Shown piece by piece: positions 13,695 through 25,900 of a stretch of 64,000 nt of DNA. The translations under genes were made by a program, and so were the position numbers. Numbering within the stretch: the first letter of the stretch is position 1; every line of letters starts with the position of its first letter. The stretch comes from Azolla caroliniana (taxonomy: Eukaryota > Plantae > Polypodiophyta). The notes beneath the pieces are model-generated. The model was not told the origin of the DNA, made no database searches, and saw only the letters and a list, made by a program, of their open reading frames with translations. Where the stretch lies: the NCBI GenBank assembly GCA_043228905.1, contig JBHGNT010000002.1, forward strand, positions 20,646,001 to 20,710,000. Reading direction: 5' to 3'.

Positions 13695-14969
13695 TTAATG
13701 GCAGCTAATGCCAGGACAACAGTTGAAGATTCCACTCTTCTTGATTCCATTGGAGATCATATGACCACTAATGAAATTGCCAATGATGTTTTGAATCATA
13801 TAGTCCCTGATCGTGCTTCTTGCTTGTAGTAAAAAAACCTTTGTCATGACTATTGTCAGTTCTATTGTCATGACTATCATCAATTCTATCGACAAAATCT
13901 ATTGTATGTTCCTGATGGTCCCCCATGACTACAAGTTTTACAACATTGCCATGACACACCAATGGCTGGACATTTTGGAGTTCACAAAACTCTAGAATTA
14001 GTTTCTCGACAATATTGGTGGCCTCACCTTCGTCATTTTTTGGAGGAGTATGTTCACAATTGTGATACATGTTGTCGATCAAAGAGTCCTCAAGACCGAT
14101 CCTATGGCTTACTACAACCACTTCCCATTCCTGAAAATCCTTGGATTTCATTATTGATCTCCCAATTTTGAAAGGTTTTGATACAATTCTCACGATGGTC
14201 GATCGATTTATGAAAATGGCACATTTCTTGCCATGTACAAAGTCTATTACTAGTCAAGAGGCGGTCAATCTAGTTATGCAGGAGGTATTCCGACATCATG
14301 GTCTTCCAGATGATATTATTAGTGATCGTGGTCCACAATTCATCTCAAAGTTTTGGAAGCACATGTTCAAACTTCTCCGAATTTCAGTTAAGCTTTCTTC
14401 GGGCTATCATCCCGAGACTAATGGCCAAGCGTACCAACCTGACTTTGGAGCAATATCTTCGTTGTTTCATCAACTACCAAAAAGATGATTGGGTTGATTT
14501 TTTACACTTGGCTGATTCCCCATTTTTTACCTTACTTGGTTGATTGGTTAGGTAATACCTCCAATGATCGAACTTGGGAACCTGTAGCAAATATTGCCAA
14601 TGCCGCAGACATGGTCACCGCATTTCATCGCCAATATCTTCGTAAACCAGGTCCTAGTACAAACCTTAACCATTGTAATGATATGTTTATATGTTTTTTA
14701 GAATATATAATCTAATATCATAAGAATATTCTAGATTACTCTACATTCTAGAATGTCCTAGAATATTCTAGAGTGTTCTATATACTAGAACCTTCTAGAA
14801 TACTCTATAGGGACTTATAAATAAGGATCTATTAATCATCCCAAAACCAAATTGGTTCAACGCCATTCTACAACTACCTATTGCCTACTCTTTGTAATCC
14901 ATCTTATAGTGCAATACAATACTTTCCTTTCAATTCTCCCTCTCCCCCTCTCCCTCTTTTGTCTTAACA
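13695..14969 (+). mobile_element. Ty3-gypsy chromovirus remnant (integrase, partial chromodomain, 3' LTR 14674-14969)
   Basis: AGHFGVHKT...YWWP...CDTC (H2C2 finger), IISDRGPQF (rve), LVDWLG...RTWEP (chromodomain). LTR TGTAATGA...TCTTAACA. Confidence 0.85.
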
Positions 14970-15080
14970 GTTACTGAAATCCAAAAGTGAGTTGGTTTTT
15001 TTATTACTGTTTGTGTTTGGATTGCTTTCTTAATCTACTCTTGATTATGACCTTTATGTGTAATGTTTTTTTTCCATAAG

Positions 15081-15745
15081 GTTTACATGAAGATACAAGA
15101 ACTGATGATGAAAAAATTGTCCCTGCCAACGTGGGAAGAAGTGGAGGAATTGTGCCCAAAAATATCATCATACAAGGCTCTTGAAGAATTCTTTGTAGTA
15201 TTTAGAGAATGGGTATGTGTGTCTACAATATTAATTGATTATAGGATAATGGGTATTTTCTTACAAAACTAATAATTGCAGAAACCACCTCGCTCGAAGA
15301 AACTAGGTGATAGTAATGAAGGCATACCAAGCGCATTCATCACCCATTTGGAACGAGCGAAATATGAAAAGCGGATGACAAAGGGAAAGGAGATGGAGGT
15401 GTCCGAAGACTCAGATAAAGTGAAGAGTTTTCTACACAAGGGCAATCCTTTCCACCAATTGTACTATAGTGTATATAATGGGGATGTGGGTAATATGCTT
15501 GACATATTACCCAAGAGGCATTATACGTTGCTCGTCGTGGATATACCATATGGATTTTGAATAACCGGATCCACATATGATGACATGCCATATAAGTATC
15601 CTCAAATAGAAAAGATGGTGAAGGACTTTGCAGAGCTGACCTTGGCTTCTTTGTGGCGAATCATAATATTCCATAGTATGGGCCAGTCTTTATCAGTCAC
15701 TATTGCGTTAAAGTTGAGATGTCATGCAACTGAACACATGCATTG
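15081..15745 (+). pseudogene. Intron-containing DNA N6A/N4C (beta-class) amino-methyltransferase-like gene remnant
   Basis: Exons 15081-15212 and 15282-15745 join in frame across a GTATGT..CTAAT..GCAG intron. Protein YNGDVGNMLDILPKRHYTLLVVDIPYGF*ITGSTYDD...IIIFH...HMHW resembles GD..e.l..lp..svDLivtDPPY...iiW. In-frame TGA at 15558. Confidence 0.6.
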
Positions 15746-16140
15746 GTAAGCATCAAGTTGCTATATATTAATATACGATTTCAAATGCACTTATTGAGAA
15801 GATTAGCGTGTAGAAGCTAAAACAGACACAACTAGCTCAACTAGACAATAACAGAAAACACAGAGAATCAATGGAGAACACATAGTGAATACAAAGTACT
15901 TGGGAGAGACAAAGAGAGAGCAGAACACAGAAAAATCGATTTCAAAATAACACTCTATACATGGGAATGTACTTAGAAAGCACTTTTATACAAGTTCTTA
16001 AAAAGGATTGACAAGTACTTCAATGCTCATAACTGAGCTATTGACACGAACTCTTGGAATATATAAGTACCTACAAACTAGGAGCGTAGACCTTTAACGG
16101 TCTACCGGCTCTCAGCTTGTTTAGCCGATTGGGCCCATGT

Positions 16141-19100
16141 TGTCGAATACGAGTGTATAATGGCCGCATTCACATTGTCCCTTTGGATAACCCAAGTTTG
16201 GGCTATTTCCGTAAATAGCATAAAGGGCAGTTGCCCTAGGATAGTCACTATATAAAGTGACTCTGTAACCTTTAGAAAAAGGGTTGGTTGTCATTTGTAA
16301 CTGTTGCTATTAAGAAATAAAACGTTTCTGTCAACCCGCTGCCGACCGTCATAGTACACCACACAACATTCTGTTTCTGTTTTTCTTGAAGAACAGAGAA
16401 GAGAGAAGACAAACAAGAAGTCTTCATCTCACTATGTTAAATCACTAATTGGAGTAAGCTAGCCAGCTATACTCTGTTCCTATGATTGTAACCACTTGAG
16501 ATTGGTCTCTAGGCAACAACCAAATTCGTGTTTCATTCGGCTGATCGACATTTGGGAGGATCAGTTGGATCCGTCCCTCTCATCGTTGTAGTCATCCGAA
16601 GCAGAATTGGCCTAAACAATTGGTTTCTTGTGATCGGTATTCGGCATACAATTAGAAGCTAACCGGAGTCACTCCAAGAAGGTTCAACAAACAAGTATCC
16701 GAAACCAAACCGACTCGGGTTCAAGACTGACTAGAACGATATCGGGTGAGCAAACCGACTACACCCCACTAAGGTTCCTAGTCAACTCCGAATAGAGTCT
16801 TACCAACCGAAACCGAATCAGATGGCATCAACATCCGGCTCATCGGAGATGAGTCTAAGGAGGTTCGATGGTTCGAACTTCAACTTTTGGAAGGAACAAA
16901 TGTAGGACTATCTCATAGTCAAGGTTCATACAGACCCGATTGAGTATGAAAATCCTTCAAAAGCATACAATGCAAACGAGTGGCTAAAGTTGGACAGAAT
17001 CGTCCGCGCCACGATTCAGATGCACTTGTCGGAGTCAGTGTACTTCACAGTGCAATCATGCTCGACAACTTTTGAACTTTGGAAAACACTGTTGGAAACT
17101 TATGAAAAGAAGGTCGCTGCAACGAAGATGTATCTGATCCGGAGCCTCTACAACTTGTAGATGAAAGAATCCAATTCGCTTCAAGCACACCTCAACGAGT
17201 ACGAAAGCCTAAGCTCCCAAATATCGTCTCAGGGGACGACAATAGAGGATGAACTTAGAGCAATGATACTCATGAGTAGTCTCTCCTCTTCTTGGGAAAC
17301 TTTCGTCACAACCATGTGCAATGCTTCAACAACTGCCATTAAGTACTCCGAAATCACGAGCGCAATCCTGACTGAAGCAACTCGGAGAGAGTCTTTCGCC
17401 AAAGACTCGGCAGATGAAGCTTACATAGTACAAGGTTCGACCGACCGATCGAACAACCGGGGAAGAAGTTCTTCCCGACCGCCGAACAATAAGGGAAGCC
17501 GGAGCAAGTCCCGGGACAACCGAATCTACAACTCAAAGCAAAAAACAACAAAGCTCAAAGAGCGGATAAGAAGAGTAGCCGGCATGAGGACGTCAACTAC
17601 GTTGGCTCTTTAGCCGAAATTTTGACGACCGACCTGAACATACTGTCCATAGAGAACCCAGTCGAATCAGAAATTCTGCTTACGACTGAGGAATCGAGCA
17701 CATGGCTCCTGGACTCAGGCGCATCGTATCATGTGACACCTCACCGATCTCAGTTTTGGCAATACTTGAACCAGCACTCCGACTCAGTTTGAGTCGGGAA
17801 CTCGCAACACTGTGCCATAATCGGAATCAGCACTGTAGAGCTCAACCTTCTGGGTGGCGCTACACTTGTACTACACAACGTCCGACACGTTCCTGAGCTT
17901 TCAAGTCCCTTGATCTCAGTCGGACAACTTGACGAAGCCAATATCCATGCCGGGTTCTCATTAGGAGGGTGGAAACTCCACAAATGGAACGTCCGGCTTG
18001 CTCGAGGACCAAAGGTACACTCTTTGTACCCTTTATATGTCACACTCAAAGAGGGTGACTTATTTTTGGTTGATATCCCTAAGTCATCGTTATGGCACAG
18101 ATGACTTGGACACCTCAGCAAGGCCGACATAACGCACCTATCCAGAGCCGGTTACATCCCCAAGCTCTCCTTCTTGGATCACCAATTCTGCGAGCATTGC
18201 TAGTACGGCAAACAGGTAGCCGCATCACACCCGACATCAACACCAAGAGAATCGAGTCCCTTGGATTTGGTCCACTTGGACATCTGTGGCCCGATGCCAC
18301 ATCAGTCTCTCGGTAGTGCTTCGTACTTCGTCAGTTTTATTGACGACTCGACTCAGAAGGTGTGGGCTTACCCCATTAGAACCAAAGATCGGGTGTTCTC
18401 GATCTTCTCCGAATGGCTTGCAATGGTTGAAAACCAGATTGGTCGGAAACTAAAATCTCTCCGAACTGATAATGGACGAGAATTCAAGTCTGACGAATTC
18501 GTCAAATTTTGCCGAGAACGCGGCATTCGACATGAATATACGACACCCTATAGTCCGGAGCAGAACGGAATTGCTGCACGCATGAATCAGACGATTCAAG
18601 AACGCATAGTATCCATGATCCAACACTCTAGACTGTCGAATGGCTTTTGGGCAGAGGCTCTCATTACGATAGTACACATAATAAATATGTCGCCAAGTAG
18701 ATCTCTAGGACTTAAAATACCTTAGGAAACATGGACCAGCAGTAAGCCGAATTATGACAAGTTGAGGATCTTCGGCTGCGAGGCATATGCCCTCATACTG
18801 AAAGACGACCGCCGGAAACTCAAACTAAGATCAAGGAAATATGTTTTCCTTGGATATGGACTCGACGGCGAGATCGGATACCAACTTTGGGACCCCGAGC
18901 ACAGACAAATTGTCTGAAGTTCGGACGTCGTGTTCAATGAGTCGACTATGCATAAAACGGCCGAAAGGCCTATTGAAGTTCGAAGTGCCAACCTTTCATG
19001 AAGGCCCAACCCACAACACGAGATCGGTTTCACGGGTAACCGACACCTCTCGTCCTGAATCCACTGATTCAACACAGTCGAATGGCTCGGCTTCCGACCA

Positions 19101-21167
19101 TCCGACACCTTTACCCGGTGCGACCAGTCCAGTCATACCTCGAAGATCCGAGAGACTGTCGCAACCTCCGGAATGGTACTCTCCTGGAATTTTATTTACC
19201 GACGCCGGTGAACCGACGTCTTACGAAGAAGCATCGGCATCTGCCGACTTAGCCACTTGGCATCTGGCGATGGAGTCGGAAATGCACTCCATTCGCGCAA
19301 ACAAGACTTGGGACTTGGTTGAATTACTGAAGAATCGACGTGCTCTTCCGTGTAAGTGGGTCTATCGACTAAAAGAGACGTCCGACTCGACCAACCTAGG
19401 CCAGATTAGTCGCAAAGGGATTTCGACAAGAATATGGCGTCGACTTCGACGAAATCTTTTCACCAGTGGTGAAAATGACAACCCTTCGTTTCATGCTCGG
19501 CGTCGTGGCCGTCGACAACTTGGAGCTGATTCAACTAGATGTAAAAACAACATTCCTCCATGGTGACCTCCAGGAGGAAATCTATATGGAGCATCTGAAA
19601 GGCTTTGTGGCATCCAGCCAGGAACATCTAGTCTACCGACTCAGGAAGAGTTTATACGGCCTGAAACAGGCACCCCGACAGTGGTACAAGAAGTTCGACA
19701 ACTTCATCCAGTTGGTCGGCTTCTCCAAGAGCGATGAGGACCACTGTCTCTTCACCAAAACAGCTCAAGACGGGTCTCCCATCTTTCTCATCATTTACAT
19801 GGACGACATGCTACTCTCCAGCCGACATGCCGAAGAGCTCACCGAACTCGTTCGGAAACTGCGGTTGAAGTTTTCCATGAAGGACCTCGGTCCGGCAAGA
19901 CACATACTTGGTATGAAGATTAGTCGGCATCGCGATACACGACAACTTTTCTTGTCTCAAATCGACTACATCGGACGTGTCTTGGAACGCTTCAACATGC
20001 ACTCGGCCAAGTCTGCTTCGACCCCACTCCCCATTAACCTTCGGCTGTCTCAGTGAGACTGCCCGACATCCGGTTCAGAGGGGGAAGATATGAAGTCAGT
20101 ACCGTATGCACCGGCAATCGGCTCCCTTATGTATGCGATGATCGCGACACGGCCTGATATTTCTCACGTCGTAGGAGTCGTCTACAGATTCATGCACAAC
20201 CCAAGCCGATCGCACTGGAACGCAGTCAAGCATTTGTTCAGATATCTAGTTGGCACAAAAGACCACGATATTCTTTTTGGCCCAATCTCAACCTCAAGCG
20301 TAGTCGGTTACACTGACTCGGACTTCACCGACTGCGTGGATAGTCGGAAATCAACAATTGGATATTGTTTGAAATTCGGCAATGGAGCAATCTTGTGGAA
20401 GTCAAAACTTCAGGAGTGCACAACCACCTCAACGACTGAAGCGGAATATGTAGCTACGTCTGACGCGGCAAAAGAAGCTTTATGGCTCGGTCGGCTGGCA
20501 CACACATTTCGACAAGTCGACCTCGACTCAGCTCCAGTTGTCTACAACGACAATAAGGGTGTTGTTGCTTTGTCAAAAAATCTGGTTCACCACAACGCCT
20601 CCAAGCATATCGACGTTCGATATCATTTTGTTCGAGATTGCGTCATTTCAAGGAAAATCGGTCTCAAGAAGATATCCACAACCGATAATGTCGCAGATGG
20701 AATGACCAAGTGTCTTTCGGCATATCGCTTCCAGTCCCTTTGGCACCAGATGGGCGTAATGAAAAATCTGTCCGGTTAAAGTCGGACACATAGCACAGGA
20801 TGGTTTCGGACAACTGACATCGGTTCTTTGAGGATTGGCTTTAGCTTTTCCGACCCGATCGGTTCGGTCTTCTGTCTTCAGATCTTGCCGACTCGAACAA
20901 AACCGATTTGTCCGATAAACCTTGTATATACCTGTAATTTAAGATACCCCATGTATACGCCCATTACGGGGGAGTGTCGAATACGAGTGTATAATGGCCG
21001 CATTCACACTGTCCCTTTGGACAGCCCAAGTTTGGGCTATTTCTGTAAATAGCATTAAAGGGCAGTTGCCCTTGGATAGTCACTATATAAAGTGACTCTG
21101 TAACCCTTAGAAAAAGGGTTGGTTGTCATTTTTAATTGTTGCTATTAAGAAATAAAACGTTTCTTTG

Positions 21168-21222
<55 letters not shown>

Positions 21223-21305
21223 GTATCCTGTTCATTCTCATACACAGGTCCTTCAACATCACATATGTTGTTTGTTCTTCCACATTGACGACCTTGTCCC
21301 CAACA
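16141..21305 (+). mobile_element. Decayed Ty1-copia element (relative of 47728-53197) nested in another LTR
   Basis: LTRs start TGTCGAATACG at 16141 (partial, to about 16329) and 20975-21305. PPT ACGGGGGAG. TSD CATGT/CATAT. Confidence 0.92.
16822..20779 (+). pseudogene. Copia gag-pol polyprotein, many stops and frameshifts
   Basis: Starts MASTSGSSEMSLR like the intact copy. Integrase DLVHLDICG, RT LYGLKQAPRQW/YMDD, RNase H YTDSD/EAEY/KHIDVRYH. Confidence 0.92.
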
Positions 21306-21859
21306 CATATTGAGGTTGCTTCTCAACAATCCCCCTCAAGCTCAACTTGAGGTTCCATCAGATCTACCGGCTCTATCTTCCGGCTCCTCCTAACATCCTC
21401 ACACCTTTCTCGCGCCCCTCGTCTGGTCTGGTCCTGCGTTCCACGAACCTCCCGTTTCGCGCATCTCGACTCCTTCGGTGGGCTCATCTGATCATCAAGG
21501 CTGTCTTAGCCCCCTCACTATTGCGACATTGGCGCTTCTCAACCCGTCGACTTCTCCGTGTTGGTGTCAACTTCAACCGCCCTCTCGTTCGCTTGGCCTT
21601 CATGTGATTTGACTCATCCGAATCGAACTGCTCTACTGAATCCATTGTCTCCGATTCGTTCCCGCTCTTTGTCCAAATTGGTTATCTCCAATTCATCTTC
21701 CTTCTTTAGGCCCTTGACCACATCTAATCATTCCTGGTCCCGCCCTTTATCTCCTGGTTAGCTCTGCCATCTTTGCTACCTTATTCGACTCTACCGGATG
21801 TATCGACTGACAAACCATCGAATGGACAGGAGGACAGTGGGAGATCGAGTGTTTGAGAT

Positions 21860-22330
21860 GACCATTTGATGGGCATGCGTGAATGAGTGTCCGATGGACA
21901 CTTGACGGGGGGGGTTGGGGGGGGGCTTGTTGTTATTGAGTGTCTGCTCACGAATGTTCGATGGGCACAAATGATTGACTGTCTGATGGGCATTCGTGAT
22001 CGAATGTCCGATGAACTTGGACAAGAGCCCTACCAACACCAACACCATTATTAAAATTATTACCACTACTATCTATTGGTAGAAGAAAAACCATCTATTT
22101 TGTTCGATGTGCACACATGATTGACCATCTGATGGGCATTCGTGATTGAGTGTCCGATGAACCGGGACAAGGGCCCTACCAACACCAACACCAACACCAC
22201 TATTACTACTGCTATTCATCGTGATTGAGTATCAGATGGACCTAGACAAGAGCCCTACTAGCACCAACACCAACACCAACACCACTATTACTACTACTAT
22301 CTATTGCTAGAAGAGAAACTATCTATTATT
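21860..22330. repeat. Degenerate dispersed/tandem repeat cluster with (CAACAC)n tails
   Basis: GATGGGCATtCGTGAt.GAGTGTCCGATG..C..GGACAAG.GCCCTAC(CAACAC)n in about 4 copies near 21868, 21985, 22131 and 22218. Confidence 0.8.
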
Positions 22331-22835
22331 GCTAGAAGAAAAAACCCTCTCCTTTGCTAAGCTGCTCTTTTGTGTTTTTGTTATACCCTACTCCTTCTCC
22401 CCTGCTCCTACTCTGCTATCAAAAACCCTCCCTCTCTCTCTCTCTCCCTTTCCTTTGTTGCACCACACACCCTTCTAGTTCTCAATCTCAGCCCCCCCCC
22501 CCCCATTTCCATTCCAATTTGCCCCACCTTCCCTCAGGAATGATGAACACAGCAGCAATCAATGCCTCCTGAGCGACACCTCTGAATCTTTCTTCTTCAT
22601 CAAGACCCTCCCAACCATGTGAGCATAAATAAAAGAACGAAAAGAAAGGGAGCAGAGGATTCTGTGATGAACAAAGAAGCCATCTCTATACGTGGAAGAC
22701 GAAAGCAGTAGTAGTCTAATGTGATGTTTTTCTCCGCTTCAGGAGTTCCAAAGCTATGTGGAAAGATGATGAGACAGGGGCCTCTGTTTGCATTTTAAGC
22801 TTTTGGTGTCACACCTTGAGCTTCAGGAAGTCTGG

Positions 22836-22931
22836 ATGGCTGGAGTTCTCTTGCGCTTCTCAAGGGCCGCGTCTCTGAAAACAGCACTTCTCTCCAGAAG
22901 GAAAGCTAGGAGATATGCACACTCCTTATTG
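22836..22931 (+). CDS. Exon 1 (putative mitochondrial presequence)
   Basis: MAGVLLRFSRAASLKTALLSRRKARRYAHSLL followed by donor GTAAGC. Confidence 0.7.
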
Positions 22932-25900
22932 GTAAGCTTATTGACTCCTTTTCCATTGGTTCGTTTCGCAAAGAAGAAAAATATATTTACGATTTTGCGT
23001 TAAATAGATGTTGTCTATTAAAATTTGACCCGGGTTTAGGGTTTAACAAGATCAAACCTCTTGAATTTTCACGATATACATTTGCACACTCCATATTAGT
23101 CATCTCATTCACTCATTCGGTTTCTTTTCTTTTAAATAAATAAGATTATGAATTTTGCCAATGGAATGCGTTTGTATATAGATTTGATAACTTATTCTCT
23201 TTTTCCGAGAGATTGCATATATATATATATATATCTGGTATACATTCCTTATCGCGTGTAGGAAAATCTTATATTGTGCATTTTCTAGATATTGCGTGTA
23301 TTTTTCTTTTTACATTCATTATTGCATCTAGAAGATGCACACTCGTAAGCACATCTATTCATTCATTAGGTTCTTTTAAAGACAAAAATTGTACAATGAT
23401 TTCTAAGGACCGGTAGTAGTATTTGCTTATCAAATTTTGTATTGTTTTGAACATCTTTTGGGAAATTAGAAGTCTTTGAATCAAAGATGCCATTGTTTGT
23501 TCATGATTTGTAGGTTTTGTATAATTTGCTAGTTGTTTTTGGGCATGTAATTTTCTATCACATTGAATAATTTTGCTGGTTCCAAAATAACAGAAATTCT
23601 GTAAATGTGGAGATAAAAACCCATAATCTGCAAGAATGGAAAAGGGAGGTTTTTGCATGCTATAATAGTGTTTCTGTTTCAGGAAGTAAACGAAGGAGAG
23701 GAGGTAGTAGGGCTTGTTAATCAAGGCACTAAACTTGGATTCATCTATTCAGCCAAGCACAATTATTCTTCTGCTCTGATTGAGGCAAATAACTTTCTCT
23801 TATTCAGTTCAGAAAGCAACAGAAGAGATGATCTCAGGGGTCCAAGCCTCAATTACATCCAAGGAACAAATTACATCCAAGAAACAAATCCATGCATTGA
23901 TGGGTCACACACGGACCCTAATGACAGCTTTGTGGCATCAGGGAATATGGTTTTCCAAAGTACAAATGGCCTCCCTTTCGTTGACATGAAATCATATTGG
24001 AATACATGTGAGAAATTACCGACCACTGTGTATGATTTGGAGATTTTATCGGATATAGCCCCCTTAGATTCAAGGCTGCTCCTAGAGAGATGCTTGGCAG
24101 CCATTGCTGCCGATGACCTAATCTTCTGCCTTGTGCCAACTTCTCAAGCTCATGAAAAGGTAATTTCTTCCCCTTTGCATCCATTAGAAATTCTTCATCG
24201 ATTTATTGATTGAAATCTCTATTGTTGCAGGTTGTACGCGGTTCATTCGAATCTTTTGGCATGGTAGACCCAAAACATTTTCTCATACTTCAGACATCAA
24301 TGGCTTCAACCATTCAGTACTGGGATATATGGTATCCCTATGTGCCAGCCTGCTCAGCAAATCAGCTCTCGGAACTCGCGGATGTGCCTGGTGTTGTGGA
24401 AGAGCAACAACTGTCAAGCTCAATCAGAGCTTGTCAAAAAGAAGAAGAAGTCCTTGAAAGTAAAGATCCACATGATACCTTGGTCGATGATGACGGAATT
24501 CGAATATCCAAGGTCTTAGAAGAAACAAAACCTCCAAGAAACTTTGATTTGATGTCTAAATTTCGGGTTGCTATACCAAGGCATATGATGGTGTCAATGC
24601 CATCAGCACCGAATGATTCTCTATCATCTCAGCCTGGAGATGAGTTTGGGATTCAAGCAAGAATGGCTTCCCTAGATCAAGCTGACATTGTTAACTCTTG
24701 TATCGAATGGTTAATGGAAGATCAATCCGGGTCACCTTCATTCCTAGGTTTGGTTTGCAAATATGGCCCTAACTTTGGTCCTTGTTTGATTCTACTTTCC
24801 TCGCACCAGCGTGCTGTGCTTCTACCGGTTCCATCCAGGAAGCCAACAAAGTACCCAAAGATGCTTAGAACAGTTTTATCTGATGAAAACCTAGTCAAAG
24901 TCGGCCCAGAGATTCATAAGGATGCCCTAGCGTTGTTTCACTTCTTGGGTCTAGTGACGAACAGATGCATTAAGATAACACACTTGTCTACTGGACAAAA
25001 ACGGAAAAAGGGTGTTTTATCGATTTTCAGGTACTTCCTTCAAATGGATAATTGTTTGAGTATACTGTAATGAGAGACTGACTTAGATTTTTCTCGCTTT
25101 CTCTGGTATAGGGAGCTATTCAATTGGGGATGGACTGAGAAGAAAAGAGTTATTATGAGCGATTGGGGATCACTTCTTAATCTTGAACAGGTCTGTTTTT
25201 ATGAGTTTTGTAGGTATGCTAGACGACACGTCTCTTTCTGTGACTCTCTTTCTGGTGTTGTGAATACATGTTGTACACACTCATACATATATGTGTATTC
25301 CCATGCAAATGTACTTTTGTTGGTTGTATTTATATGTAATGCATATATGTCTATCTATCTATATTGGTGTCTACAAAAATATAATTTCTTATACATATAT
25401 TGTGTGTATATGTATGTGCTACACACATGCCAATATTGTTATAGGCATACCCTTACGGATCAACTCGATAGCTAATTTCAATGGTTTAATGGTAGGTTAG
25501 TCAGGAAAGTGGTTATCCTAGGAACTGGGACAAAACCATATGGACCTATGATCCATTCTTATCCTTAATCTCTTAGTCTTTTGCTTATCATTAGTTTGAT
25601 CCGTAAAAAGGATTTTCATGTTATGATCATGAAAATTATTGTCTTTCCGAGGTAATAAATGAATGCCATATGTGTTACATACATCATGCTTACGCCAACC
25701 GTTGGCGTATAATGCACATTTTCATCTTTCTTGAGCTTCTTGTAACAAGTCAGTTCACCATTTTGCATTCTGCCAATCATGAAGGATTCCTTTTGCATAT
25801 GCTTTTGCTGGTAAACAAATATTACCCCCTGTTTTTTATATTATCTTTACCCTACTAATAGGGCTACAACATGAGATCCTTCTTCTGAAACTTTGAACAT

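Larger units (their letters stand above)
15792..21800 (-). mobile_element. Copia 3' remnant (3' LTR split by a nested element, PPT, 3' region), same family as 59092-64000
   Basis: 15792-16140 plus 21306-21328 resemble LTR 59092-59517. They are followed by ATCCCCCTCAAGCTCAA (PPT reverse complement) and sequence similar to 59530-59900. The right boundary is approximate. Confidence 0.75.
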
